Of a DNA stretch of 64,000 bases, positions 17,979 through 27,216 are shown one piece after another. Both the position numbers and the translations under genes were made by a program. This DNA is from Candidatus Omnitrophota bacterium (lineage in GTDB: Bacteria; Ratteibacteria; UBA8468; B48-G9; DTJG01): the NCBI GenBank assembly GCA_023819255.1, contig JAMWBU010000001.1:85512-149511 (forward strand), in the 5' to 3' direction. Under the pieces are notes generated by a model that saw nothing but the letters and a program-made list of their open reading frames with translations, did no database searches and was not told where the DNA came from. How positions within the stretch are numbered: the stretch's first letter is position 1; the number at the start of each line of letters is the position of its first letter.

Positions 17979-18477
17979 TATATTTTCCCTTTCGAATTTT
18001 TGAAAACTCTTTTTTTAAGATTATTGAGAGTTGTTCAAGCGACTGCGGTATTACCTTTGTTGACGCGATGACAGGCATAAAATTGGTATCTCCATTCCAT
18101 CTCGGGACTATGTGGATGTGCAGATGTCCTGGCAGACCTGCTCCAGCGCTTTCCCCGAGGTTTGCGCCGATATTAAATCCATGCGGTTTTATTGTCCTGC
18201 TCAGAACTTCAGTTGATATTCTTATAGCATTGAACAATTCAATTATTTCTTTTTCTGAAAGTTGATTGAGTTCTTTCTTGTGTTTTACAGGAGCGATCAT
18301 TAGATGCCCATTGTTATAAGGATATTTGTTCATTACAACCATTGTGTAGTTGCCTTTCCATAAAAGGTATTCTACGTCTTTGTTTTTGATGTATTCGCAG
18401 AGGAAACATTTCTTGCTTTTTTTTCCCTTGATAAAATCAATTCTCCATGGAGCCCAGAGAAGATCCATGCTTTTCAT
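17965..18477 (-). CDS. HIT-family nucleotide hydrolase/transferase (Ap4A phosphorylase-like)
   Basis: Histidine triad GHLHIHIVPRW and WAPWR near the N-terminus. I chose the ATG at 18477 (MKSMDLLWAPWR) because GGGGG lies 5 nt upstream. Confidence 0.85.
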   Translation of the reverse strand: MKSMDLLWAPWRIDFIKGKKSKKCFLCEYIKNKDVEYLLWKGNYTMVVMNKYPYNNGHLMIAPVKHKKELNQLSEKEIIELFNAIRISTEVLSRTIKPHGFNIGANLGESAGAGLPGHLHIHIVPRWNGDTNFMPVIASTKVIPQSLEQLSIILKKEFSKIRKGKYNVYR

Positions 18478-19855
18478 TTTTTCCCCCAACAAGTATTTTG
18501 CCAGCTTCTTCTTTCAGATATTTTTTCAGCTTTGTTTTCCTGTTTTGAATAATACCGCCAAGCACCATTTCCTCCAGGTTTTTTTTGATGATGCCTACCT
18601 GTTTTCCAGGCCCTATTCCAAGCATATCCATTATGTCAAAGCCTGTGATAGCCAGTTTGAATTTTGCCAATTTCATCTTTCTGTCAAGATTTTTTATTCG
18701 TTCATAAAGAGCTATAATTTTTTCTCTTGCCTGTTTGACTTTTTTCTCGTTCTTGCTCGTAATGTCGGATTGGGCGATGATGAAAAGTGCTTTTAAATTT
18801 GTGCCCAGTTCGCGGATAAATCTTGCCAGCGCGTTGTCCGTTGGGTTTTCTTTTGCCAGCAAATGCGGTCTGAGGTGATATTTTATGAGGATTGCAATGT
18901 TTTCTGCGTCTTTTTGAGATATTTTCAACCTTTCACTTACTTTTGTGCTCATATGTGCGCCGACAATTTCATGCCTGTGAAATGAAACTTTGCCATTTTC
19001 GACTTTAAGCGTTTTTGGTTTTCCAATGTCATGAAGTAATGCGGCAATTCTGACAACCGAATCTTTTGTGAGAGAAGAGGCATTGTCAAGGACACGCAGG
19101 GTGTGTTCGAAAAGCTCTTTGCAGGGATGATTGGTTCTTTTTTCTTTAAGCGCGGCAACCTCTGGGAGAACCAGGTTGAGAACGCCGGTTTCAAAAAGAA
19201 GATAGAATCCTTTTGATGGTGTTTTTGACATAATAATCTTCATGATCTCATCGGCTATTCTTTCCTGGCTTACTATCCGGAGCCGTCTGGCATTTTTCGC
19301 CATTGCCTGTTTTGTGTTTTCATCAATATCAAAATTTAACACAGTGGCGAATCTAATTCCTCGCAGAATCCTCAAAGGGTCGTCGTAGAATGTTTTATCG
19401 GGATCAACAGGGGTCCTTATTATCTTCAATTTGATATCTTTTTTTCCTGAAAATGGATCGATAAGCTGGTTGTTTAAAAGATTGAGAGCCATTGCATTTA
19501 TGGTGAAATCTCTTCTTGATAAATCTTCAAAAACAGATGCGGGTTTAACATAAGGTTTTCTCGAGTGTTTTTCGTAGCTTTCTTTTCTGGCAGTTGCAAA
19601 TTCAATTTTGTTTTTCTCAATTTCAATCATGGCGGTTCCAAACTTTCCGTAAAAAATAGGTGATGGATATCCGAATTTTTTTGCAAATTTTTGAGCGAAT
19701 TTCAAAGCGTCGTTTTCCAGCATAATGTCAATGTCGTGGTTTCTTCGTCTCAAAAACCTGTCTCTGAGATACCCGCCGACGAGATATGGAACAGCGCCAG
19801 AGGTCTTTCCAAAAAGTTTGATTTGCTCCAGTATTGTTTCTGTTTTTAAAGCCAT
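18437..19855 (-). CDS. cca: CCA-adding tRNA nucleotidyltransferase / poly(A) polymerase family with HD domain
   Basis: YLVGGYLRDRFLRRRNHDIDI (the nucleotidyltransferase motif), RRDFTINA, DPLRILRGIRF, and the HD domain HTLRV...ALLHDIGK. Confidence 0.85.
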   Translation of the reverse strand: MALKTETILEQIKLFGKTSGAVPYLVGGYLRDRFLRRRNHDIDIMLENDALKFAQKFAKKFGYPSPIFYGKFGTAMIEIEKNKIEFATARKESYEKHSRKPYVKPASVFEDLSRRDFTINAMALNLLNNQLIDPFSGKKDIKLKIIRTPVDPDKTFYDDPLRILRGIRFATVLNFDIDENTKQAMAKNARRLRIVSQERIADEIMKIIMSKTPSKGFYLLFETGVLNLVLPEVAALKEKRTNHPCKELFEHTLRVLDNASSLTKDSVVRIAALLHDIGKPKTLKVENGKVSFHRHEIVGAHMSTKVSERLKISQKDAENIAILIKYHLRPHLLAKENPTDNALARFIRELGTNLKALFIIAQSDITSKNEKKVKQAREKIIALYERIKNLDRKMKLAKFKLAITGFDIMDMLGIGPGKQVGIIKKNLEEMVLGGIIQNRKTKLKKYLKEEAGKILVGGKNEKHGSSLGSMEN

Positions 19856-19862
19856 TTATCCC

Positions 19863-21557
19863 CTAAAAGAGTCCAACTATTTTCCCGGTTTCATCAATAT
19901 CAACGTGATTACCGGCGGGTTCGCTTGGAAGACCTGGCATCGTTCTCATCTTTCCGCAAAGCGGATAGATAAAACCAGCGCCTGCCGAAAGTCGAACATC
20001 TTCAATCGGGAGTGTAAATCCTGCGGGAGCGCCTTTTAGATCTGGATCGTGAGAAAGAGATAGATGCGTTTTTGCCATGCAGATCGGTAATTTGTCAAAT
20101 CCCCAGCGGGTGTAAGTTTTTATTTTTTGTTCAGCAATGGCGGAGTATGAAACCTTTTCTGCTCCATATATCTTTTTTGCGATTGTCTCTATTTTTTCTT
20201 TTATTGACTTTTCAAGACTGTACAAGAATCGAAATTCGTTTTTTCTCTCACAGGCTTGAATAACTTTCTCCCCGAGTTTAAGCCCCCCGTTTCCGCCTTC
20301 TGCCCAGACATTGCTTATTTCTGCGGCGCTTGCTCCTGCTTTTAGTGCCAGATCTCTGACGAGCTCAATCTCCTTTTCAGTGTCTGTGGTGAATCTGTTT
20401 ATCGCCACAACCGCCGGGATACCGAATAAATTAACATTTTCAATATGCTTTGCAAGATTTTCTGCGCCTTTTCTAATTGCTGGAAGATTTTCTTCCACAA
20501 GTCCTTTATCAAGAGGTTTGCCAGGGACCACCTTAAACTGCCCGCTGTGCATTTTCAATGCTCTTATCGAACACACGATTACAACGCAATCAGGTTTCAG
20601 TCCGCTATATCTACATTTTATGTTAGCGAATTTTTCAAAGCCGCAGTCGGCTCCAAATCCACTTTCTGTCACAACATATTCAGCAAGTTTTATTGCGATC
20701 CTGTCCGCGATTATTGAGCTATTTCCATGAGCAATGTTAGCAAACGGACCTGCATGAACAAGTACAGGAGTGTGTTCGAGTGTCTGCAGAAGATTTGGTT
20801 TTATCGCATCCTTAAGAAGGACCGTCATTGCTCCTGCGGCTTTAAGGTCGCCAGCAGTGACAGGTTTGCCTGATCTTGTTGTTCCAATGATAATACTGGA
20901 AAGCCTTTTCTTTAAATCAAAGATATCGCTTGTGAGGGCAAGAATCGCCATTACTTCAGAAGCGACTGTAATGTCAAATCCAGTTTCTCTCGGGATGCCA
21001 TTATCTTTGCCGCCAAGACCTATAATGATATTGCGAAGAGCCCTATCGCTAACATCAACCACTCTTGGCCATGTGACTGAAAGCGGTTCGATATCAAGCG
21101 GATTATTTTTTAGAAGCGAATTATCTATAAATGCGGCAAGCAGGTTATGGGCGATTCCAACTGCGTGCACATCGCCTGTTAGATGAAGGTTAAAATCTTC
21201 CATCGGAATAACCTGAGAATATCCTCCGCCAGCGGCTCCTCCTTTGATTCCAAACACAGGGCCGAGTGATGGTTGCCGTAAACAGGTAAAGACCTTTTTT
21301 CCCAGTTTCGCAATAGCCTGCGATAATCCTATGGTTGTTACGGTTTTGCCTTCTCCAAGCGGAGTGGGCGTAATAGCCGTAACATCGATGTATTTTCCCT
21401 GTTTGTTGTTTTTGATTTTTTCCATTATGTCAAGTGAAATTTTAGCCTTATAATTGCCGTATAATTCAAGGTCATTTTCATCTATGCCTGCATTTGCGGC
21501 TATTTCGCGAATATCTTTTATTCTGGCTTTCTGTGCAATTTCAATATCACTCAGCAT
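19863..21557 (-). CDS. fhs: formate--tetrahydrofolate ligase
   Basis: MLSDIEIAQ, TPTPLGEGKTT-type P-loop (ITPTPLGEGKTVTTIGL) and PSLGPVFGIKGGAAGGGY. The ATG at 21557 has GGAG 5 nt upstream. The track start at 21578 is a TTG. Confidence 0.95.
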   Translation of the reverse strand: MLSDIEIAQKARIKDIREIAANAGIDENDLELYGNYKAKISLDIMEKIKNNKQGKYIDVTAITPTPLGEGKTVTTIGLSQAIAKLGKKVFTCLRQPSLGPVFGIKGGAAGGGYSQVIPMEDFNLHLTGDVHAVGIAHNLLAAFIDNSLLKNNPLDIEPLSVTWPRVVDVSDRALRNIIIGLGGKDNGIPRETGFDITVASEVMAILALTSDIFDLKKRLSSIIIGTTRSGKPVTAGDLKAAGAMTVLLKDAIKPNLLQTLEHTPVLVHAGPFANIAHGNSSIIADRIAIKLAEYVVTESGFGADCGFEKFANIKCRYSGLKPDCVVIVCSIRALKMHSGQFKVVPGKPLDKGLVEENLPAIRKGAENLAKHIENVNLFGIPAVVAINRFTTDTEKEIELVRDLALKAGASAAEISNVWAEGGNGGLKLGEKVIQACERKNEFRFLYSLEKSIKEKIETIAKKIYGAEKVSYSAIAEQKIKTYTRWGFDKLPICMAKTHLSLSHDPDLKGAPAGFTLPIEDVRLSAGAGFIYPLCGKMRTMPGLPSEPAGNHVDIDETGKIVGLF

Positions 21558-21570
21558 ATTCACTCCTTTT

Positions 21571-22434
21571 TTATGCAAGTTTGTTTAAATTTTTTACAGC
21601 GTTAACGGTATTTCTTAAAAGAATAGCGGTTGTTACAGGTCCTACTCCTCCTGGCACAGGCGTAATCCATCCTGCCCTTTCTTTTGCTATCTCAAATTCA
21701 ACATCCCCCACGATTTTATCGCCGAGCTTATTAATGCCGACATCTATCACTGTAGCGCCTTCTTTTATGATATCGCCTTTTATCAAATGTGCTTTTCCGA
21801 CTGCCACCACAAGTATTTCAGCCATTTTTACATGTGCTTCAAGCATTCCTTTTTCGCTTGTTCCAATGTGGCAGATTGTGACTGTGGCGAATTTATCCAC
21901 CAGCAGTAGCGAAACTGGTTTTCCAACAATATCGCTGTGTCCGACCATAACAACTTCTTTGCCGTAAAGATCAATACCCGTGCTGTCAATTAATTCTTTG
22001 ACAGCCAGCGCTGTACAGGGTGCAAGAAATGGCCTTCCGTAAACGATCCAGCCTAAATTTGCAGGGTTAACTCCTTCCACATCTTTCTCAACAGATATAC
22101 TGGATTGCACTTTTCTTACATCAACGCCTTGTGGAAGCGGTAGTTGCAGAATTATTCCTGTTGTTTCTTTATCTTTGTTCAGATGTTGAATAAATTGAAT
22201 GAGATCTGCTTCAGAAATATTGTTATCAAGAATTTTTACCTCATGGTTTATTCCAATTGCCTGGCAGCTTTTTTTCTGAGCGTTCAAATAAACTGCAGAC
22301 GAAGGGTTCTTTCCAACTTGCACAGCAACAAGTTTCGCTGTAATTCCTTTTTCTCTCAAAATTTCAAGGTCTTTTTTTACATCCTGCTTGATTTTCTCCG
22401 CAATTTCTTTTCCTGCAAGAATCTTTGCGCTCAT
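21571..22434 (-). CDS. folD: bifunctional 5,10-methylene-THF dehydrogenase / 5,10-methenyl-THF cyclohydrolase
   Basis: GIILQLPLP, PCTALAV, VVMVGHSDIVGKP and PVPGGVGPVTTAILL. Confidence 0.95.
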   Translation of the reverse strand: MSAKILAGKEIAEKIKQDVKKDLEILREKGITAKLVAVQVGKNPSSAVYLNAQKKSCQAIGINHEVKILDNNISEADLIQFIQHLNKDKETTGIILQLPLPQGVDVRKVQSSISVEKDVEGVNPANLGWIVYGRPFLAPCTALAVKELIDSTGIDLYGKEVVMVGHSDIVGKPVSLLLVDKFATVTICHIGTSEKGMLEAHVKMAEILVVAVGKAHLIKGDIIKEGATVIDVGINKLGDKIVGDVEFEIAKERAGWITPVPGGVGPVTTAILLRNTVNAVKNLNKLA

Positions 22435-23093
22435 TTTTTCTCCTTTTCTGGTTCGCGATTCTTTCCCATCATCATTTTATTTTCAATCTTTGATGTGATT
22501 TCTTGGGCTTTATCAATGAGGTTTAACGAGATTTCTTCAATTTTCTTGATTTCGTTTGTAATGTAAATCTGATCTTCAATTTCGCAAAGATTTACCAGTA
22601 AATTTACCCTGCTTGCTCGCACGGCGCCTTCAATCAATGAAGAAGAGACTCCGATATCGCTTATAAGGTATGGATTAGAATGCTCTATCAACTGTAAGTT
22701 CCATTCAAGCATTTTTTGGCAGTAATGCAGCATTTTCATATGCAGATTAATGCTTCTGATCAATGCGTCTTTATACTCCTCAGTTTTTTCTGGATTTTTT
22801 TTCAAATTTCTCATTGCATCCTGAATTGTCTGATAGATTATGCTATCTTCTTCAATGGACCTGTTAAGTACTGGCTGAATTTCAGAAGATTTATTAAATA
22901 CTTCCCTTGAGATTTTTCGGGATTCTTCTTTTATTTTTTTGCTTTCGACAGAAAAATTGCAAACCATCAGAATCAGTGCGTTGGCAAGAGCCATGGATAG
23001 TATGGATACACTTCCGCCTCCTGGACACGGAATTTTTGCTGAAACTTGCTCAATATACTTTTCAAGAGGTTCTTTAAGATAATTGTATTCCAT
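22431..23093 (-). CDS. cyclodeaminase/cyclohydrolase family protein (FTCD_C domain; FchA-like methenyl-THF cyclohydrolase)
   Basis: IPCPGGGSVSILSMALANALILMV matches the PAPGGGS.AAL..AL...L..MV signature of FTCD_C. It has an ATGA-type overlap with folD, and the context is fhs/folD. Confidence 0.75.
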   Translation of the reverse strand: MEYNYLKEPLEKYIEQVSAKIPCPGGGSVSILSMALANALILMVCNFSVESKKIKEESRKISREVFNKSSEIQPVLNRSIEEDSIIYQTIQDAMRNLKKNPEKTEEYKDALIRSINLHMKMLHYCQKMLEWNLQLIEHSNPYLISDIGVSSSLIEGAVRASRVNLLVNLCEIEDQIYITNEIKKIEEISLNLIDKAQEITSKIENKMMMGKNREPEKEKK

Positions 23094-23116
23094 GGGAAGT
23101 TAAGATATGTATACAA

Positions 23117-23806
23117 TCATTTGTATTTTGATAGATCAAATACGAATTCTGTTAGGATTCTTTCCGGTGCCACTTTTCCAACCACTATTTCATGTTCGTG
23201 GTCGTGATGGTTACGGTGCTGTTCTTCTTTCTTTTCTTTTTTAGGTGCAATTTCAATATACAATTTTACTATTGCGTTCCTCGGAATATCTCTTGCGGAA
23301 AATCTCACTTCACCGTTTATTTGGTGATAATAATCGCGGTTGAATTCGCTATAAGGCGGGAAATGGGAATAAATCGGGTCAATTTTCATATTATTGTATA
23401 TCAGGTATGCTTTAGTTCGTCTTGGCGCATCTGGTTCATTTCCATAGGTTGTCACGAGAAAGTCCAGAGTATTAAGTTTGGTAGCAACAACTTTTTTTAT
23501 AATATTAATATCAGGATTAATTCTTTTTTCCTTAGCATTTTTTGCGATCTGTGCGGCCTGCAAAAATGGTGATAAATAAACTGCTCTGCCTTTGCCAAAT
23601 TCATAGCCAAGGTATACGCTCCATGGTTCCATAAATTCATAGGCAGAAACGCCTGCTTTTGATTTTCCGTATTCAATCGCCTCTTGAAGCGTTTTATCAT
23701 CAATGTTTTGTACAAAAGATTGTTTTTTGCCACTGCAACCATAGAAAATGCCCAGTAAAATTGTCAAAATTACGAGTATTTGTGATTTTATTTTTGTTTT
23801 ATTCAT
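23117..23806 (-). CDS. hypothetical lipoprotein with C-terminal His-rich tract
   Basis: Signal peptide MNKTKIKSQILVILTILLGIFYGC (Cys after the hydrophobic core) and HRNHHDHEHE near the C-terminus (nt 23191-23218). I preferred the ATG at 23806 because of promoter spacing. The ATG at 23824 and the TTG at 23842 are alternatives. Confidence 0.55.
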   Translation of the reverse strand: MNKTKIKSQILVILTILLGIFYGCSGKKQSFVQNIDDKTLQEAIEYGKSKAGVSAYEFMEPWSVYLGYEFGKGRAVYLSPFLQAAQIAKNAKEKRINPDINIIKKVVATKLNTLDFLVTTYGNEPDAPRRTKAYLIYNNMKIDPIYSHFPPYSEFNRDYYHQINGEVRFSARDIPRNAIVKLYIEIAPKKEKKEEQHRNHHDHEHEIVVGKVAPERILTEFVFDLSKYK

Positions 23807-23813
23807 AGTGATA

Positions 23814-23842
23814 AATATATTCATTTTTGATTTATTTGTCAA
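23814..23842 (-). promoter_or_regulatory. putative sigma-70 promoter at leaderless spacing for the lipoprotein/C1 operon
   Basis: On the minus strand: TTGACA (23842-23837), 17 nt, TATATT (23819-23814), then 7 nt, then the ATG at 23806. No Shine-Dalgarno precedes any of the candidate starts. Confidence 0.4.
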
Positions 23843-23855
23843 GTTAGATTAAAAT
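23827..23855 (+). promoter_or_regulatory. putative sigma-70 promoter for the leu operon
   Basis: TTGATT (23827-23832), 17 nt, TAAAAT (23850-23855), lying 32 nt upstream of the leuA ATG. It overlaps the divergent promoter. Confidence 0.3.
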
Positions 23856-23887
23856 AAAAAGGTCAGTTTTTCACGCGCGGATAAAAA

Positions 23888-25420
23888 ATGGATAGAATAA
23901 TTTTTTTCGACACGACATTGAGAGATGGAGAACAATCTCCAGGTGCCAGTCTCACCAGTGGCTCTAAACTGACGATTGCAAAGCAACTGGCAAGATTAAA
24001 TGTTGATGTGATAGAAGCGGGCTTTCCCATCGCTTCACAGGACGACGCAAACGCAGTCAGGTTGGTGAGTAAAGAGATTAAAGGACCGGTGATTTCTGCC
24101 CTTGCCAGATGTATGGTTCTGGACATTGAAACAGCGTTAAGATCTCTTGAAAGTGCGAAAAAACCGAGGCTGCATCTTTTCCTGGCGACTTCGGAAATTC
24201 ACAGGAAATATAAACTAAGCAAGGCAAAAGATGAGATTATAAGAATTGCCAGGGATATGGTGAGGTTTGCTAAAAAATTTATTGACGATATCGAGTTTTC
24301 CCCTGAAGACGCAACAAGGACAGAATCGGATTTTTTGCTTGAAGTTTGTAAAGCGGTTGTGGACGAGGGAGCAAAGACCCTTAACATTCCGGATACTGTT
24401 GGTTATGCTGTACCTGAAGAATACGGGACGCTTATCAGATTTTTGAGAGACAATCTTCCCGAAAACATAATAATAAGCGTGCACTGTCATAACGATCTTG
24501 GTCTGGCTGTCGCGAATTCTCTCAGCGCAATTAAAAATGGCGCAAGACAGGTTGAATGTACTATAAATGGAATCGGTGAAAGAGCCGGAAACGCTTCACT
24601 TGAAGAAATAGCCATGAATCTGGTTGTCAGGAAGAAATATTACAATATAGATGTTGGGCTCGATACAAGCCAGATTTACAGAACAAGCAAACTCGTTTCA
24701 TCGCTTACAGGAATACCTGTGCAACCTAATAAAGCGATTGTTGGGGATAATGCTTTCAGACATGAAGCCGGTATTCATCAGGACGGTGTCATAAAATACA
24801 GGAGAACTTATGAAATTATGCATCCCAGGATGGTTGGTATTCCCGAAAGCACACTGGTTCTTGGAAAACATTCTGGAAGACATGCGTTGAAATTGAGACT
24901 TGAAACGCTTGGAGTTTCTGTTGATGAGAATGCTCTTAGCAAAATTTTTGAACAATTCAAGAAACTTGCTGATAAGAAAAAGGAAATAAACGATCTTGAT
25001 CTTCTCGTGCTTGCGGAACAGGAGACAATGCCTGTTGTTGAACCTGTTTATAAACTTGAATATTTCCACATTGTTTCGGGTACTTCAACCCTGCCAAGCG
25101 CAACTGTAAGAATTCGGAAAGGGGACAGGATTTTTGAGGATGCTTCCTTAGGGGACGGACCGGTCGATGCCCTTTACAGGGCGATAGACAGAATTGTAAA
25201 ATTATCGCCAAAGCTTGCAGAATATAGAATTTCAGCAGTTACCGGGGGTAAGGATGCCCAGGGAGAGGTGATGGTTTCTCTTGTTGTTGATGGGGTGAAT
25301 GTCGCTGGTAAGGGAGTTAGTACCGATATTATTGAAGCAAGTGCAATATCTTATATTAATGCGATAAACCAGTATTTTGTGAAAAAAAGCATAAGAAAGA
25401 AAAGATATCGTGGTACTTGA
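23888..25420 (+). CDS. leuA: 2-isopropylmalate synthase
   Basis: FFDTTLRDGEQSPGASL, HCHNDLGLAVANSL, ECTINGIGERAGNASLEE, and a C-terminal LeuA regulatory/dimerisation domain. It is followed by leuCDB. Confidence 0.9.
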   Translation: MDRIIFFDTTLRDGEQSPGASLTSGSKLTIAKQLARLNVDVIEAGFPIASQDDANAVRLVSKEIKGPVISALARCMVLDIETALRSLESAKKPRLHLFLATSEIHRKYKLSKAKDEIIRIARDMVRFAKKFIDDIEFSPEDATRTESDFLLEVCKAVVDEGAKTLNIPDTVGYAVPEEYGTLIRFLRDNLPENIIISVHCHNDLGLAVANSLSAIKNGARQVECTINGIGERAGNASLEEIAMNLVVRKKYYNIDVGLDTSQIYRTSKLVSSLTGIPVQPNKAIVGDNAFRHEAGIHQDGVIKYRRTYEIMHPRMVGIPESTLVLGKHSGRHALKLRLETLGVSVDENALSKIFEQFKKLADKKKEINDLDLLVLAEQETMPVVEPVYKLEYFHIVSGTSTLPSATVRIRKGDRIFEDASLGDGPVDALYRAIDRIVKLSPKLAEYRISAVTGGKDAQGEVMVSLVVDGVNVAGKGVSTDIIEASAISYINAINQYFVKKSIRKKRYRGT

Positions 25421-25471
25421 ACATACCTTCAGTTGAACCAATTTTTAACATTGCAAAGGAAAGGTTTTTTT

Positions 25472-26728
25472 ATGACGATTACAGAAAAGATACTTGCCAC
25501 TCATTGTGGACTTGATGAGATTTTTCCCGGTCAATTTATCGAAGCAAATGTTGATTTGATTCTTGCAAACGATATTACAGGTCCTCTTGCTATTGAGGAG
25601 TTTGAGAAAACAGGCGCTAAAAAAGTTTTTGACCCTTCAAAAATAGTTCTTGTGCCTGACCATTTTACTCCATGCAAGGATATTAAAAGCGCTGAAATGG
25701 TCAAAATTTTGAGAAATTTTTCAAAGAAATATAAAACAAGATTTTATGAGATAGGCAAGGTAGGCATTGAACACGCGCTCCTTCCAGAAGAGGGATTGGT
25801 CACTGCTGGTAGTTTGATTATTGGAGCGGATAGTCACACCTGCACTTATGGTGCGGTTGGCGCTTTTTCAACAGGAGTTGGCAGTACAGATGTCGCTTTC
25901 GGATTTGTCACAGGAAAGGTATGGCTGAAGGTTCCTCCTTCGATAAAGTTTATATACACCGGAAAATGCGGCAGATTTGTTGGTGGAAAGGATATCGTTC
26001 TTTACACAATAGGGAAAATTGGAGTTGATGGCGCGAGATACAGGGCAATGGAATTTGAAGGTGAGGCAATTGAAAATCTTTCAATGGATGACAGGTTTAC
26101 GATTTGCAATATGGCTATTGAAGCTGGAGGAAAAAATGGGATTATTGCCCCAGACATAATTACTGAAGATTTTCTAACTTCGGTTGCTAAAGAAAAAGGC
26201 ATTTTTTACAGGAGTGACAAGGACGCAAAATATGAAAATGTTGTTGAGATAGATGCAAGCGCAATCGGACCTCAGGTTGCGGCTCCGCACCTTCCTTCAA
26301 ATTCCAGAGATGTCAGGGAATTTTCAGATGTCAGAATAGACCAGGTTGTGATAGGTTCGTGTACGAATGGTAGGATATCCGACCTGCGAAGGGCAGCGAT
26401 GATAGCGAAAGGTAAATCAGTCCATTCAGATGTAAGGGCAATAATAATTCCAGCCACACAGAAGGTTTACCAGCAGGCGATGAAAGAAGGATTGATCAAT
26501 ATTTTTATCGATGCCGGTTGTGTGATAAGCCCGCCCACATGCGGTCCGTGTCTTGGCGGACATATGGGCGTCCTGGCAAAAGGGGAAGTCGCAATTGCTA
26601 CAACCAACAGAAATTTTATAGGCAGAATGGGACACCCTGAAAGTTTTGTCTATTTGTCAAATCCAGAGGTTGCAATGGCTTCTGCAATAAAAGGCAGGAT
26701 TTCACATCCAGATGAGGTTTTAAAATGA
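25472..26728 (+). CDS. leuC: 3-isopropylmalate dehydratase large subunit (short LeuC/HacA type)
   Basis: Aconitase-family motifs [19 protein letters not shown] and the Fe-S ligand [10 protein letters not shown]. The ATG at 25472 (MTITEKIL) is preceded by AAGGAAAGG. Confidence 0.9.
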   Translation: MTITEKILATHCGLDEIFPGQFIEANVDLILANDITGPLAIEEFEKTGAKKVFDPSKIVLVPDHFTPCKDIKSAEMVKILRNFSKKYKTRFYEIGKVGIEHALLPEEGLVTAGSLIIGADSHTCTYGAVGAFSTGVGSTDVAFGFVTGKVWLKVPPSIKFIYTGKCGRFVGGKDIVLYTIGKIGVDGARYRAMEFEGEAIENLSMDDRFTICNMAIEAGGKNGIIAPDIITEDFLTSVAKEKGIFYRSDKDAKYENVVEIDASAIGPQVAAPHLPSNSRDVREFSDVRIDQVVIGSCTNGRISDLRRAAMIAKGKSVHSDVRAIIIPATQKVYQQAMKEGLINIFIDAGCVISPPTCGPCLGGHMGVLAKGEVAIATTNRNFIGRMGHPESFVYLSNPEVAMASAIKGRISHPDEVLK

Positions 26729-27216
26729 AAATAAGAGGAAAGGCGTGGAAATTTGGTGATCATGTCAATACAGACGATATTATTGCGGCTAGATATCTTA
26801 ACACAACGGATATTAATGAACTGGCTTCACATTGCATGGAGACTATTTTTCCTGATTTTTCAAAAAAGATTGCAAAGGGAGATATTATTGTAGCCGGAGA
26901 AAATTTTGGATGCGGTTCCAGTCGTGAGCACGCGCCAATTGCGATAAAGGGTTGCGGAATTGCGCTGGTGATAGCAAGAAGTTTCGCAAGGATTTTTTTC
27001 AGGAACGCGATAAACATAGGGCTTCCAATTATTGAAACGAATTTTGTTGACAGGATCCTGCAGGGTGATGTTATTGATGTTGATCTTGACACGGGAACAA
27101 TTGTAGACATAAATAACAGTGAAAAAGGGGATTTTATTAAGTACCCTGAATTTCTTCAACAGATTATAAAAAGCGGAGGATTAATGCAATGGGCAAAGGA
27201 AAAGCATATAAGATAG
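26725..27216 (+). CDS. leuD: 3-isopropylmalate dehydratase small subunit
   Basis: [29 protein letters not shown] and [14 protein letters not shown]. There is an ATGA overlap with leuC. Confidence 0.9.
   Translation: MKIRGKAWKFGDHVNTDDIIAARYLNTTDINELASHCMETIFPDFSKKIAKGDIIVAGENFGCGSSREHAPIAIKGCGIALVIARSFARIFFRNAINIGLPIIETNFVDRILQGDVIDVDLDTGTIVDINNSEKGDFIKYPEFLQQIIKSGGLMQWAKEKHIR

Noticed and set aside
20311-21967. Several 130-157-aa plus-strand ORFs (20311..20730, 20770..21186, 21494..21967)
   Set aside because: All are antisense to fhs or folD. The Ser/Pro/Ala/Ile-rich translations are characteristic of the reverse frame of Gly/Ala-rich enzymes.
23888-25420. Alternative call of citramalate synthase (CimA) instead of LeuA
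   Set aside because: The motifs (FDTTLRDGEQSPGASL, a 510-aa length with the regulatory domain) and the position directly upstream of leuCDB favour LeuA. CimA cannot be strictly excluded without phylogeny.
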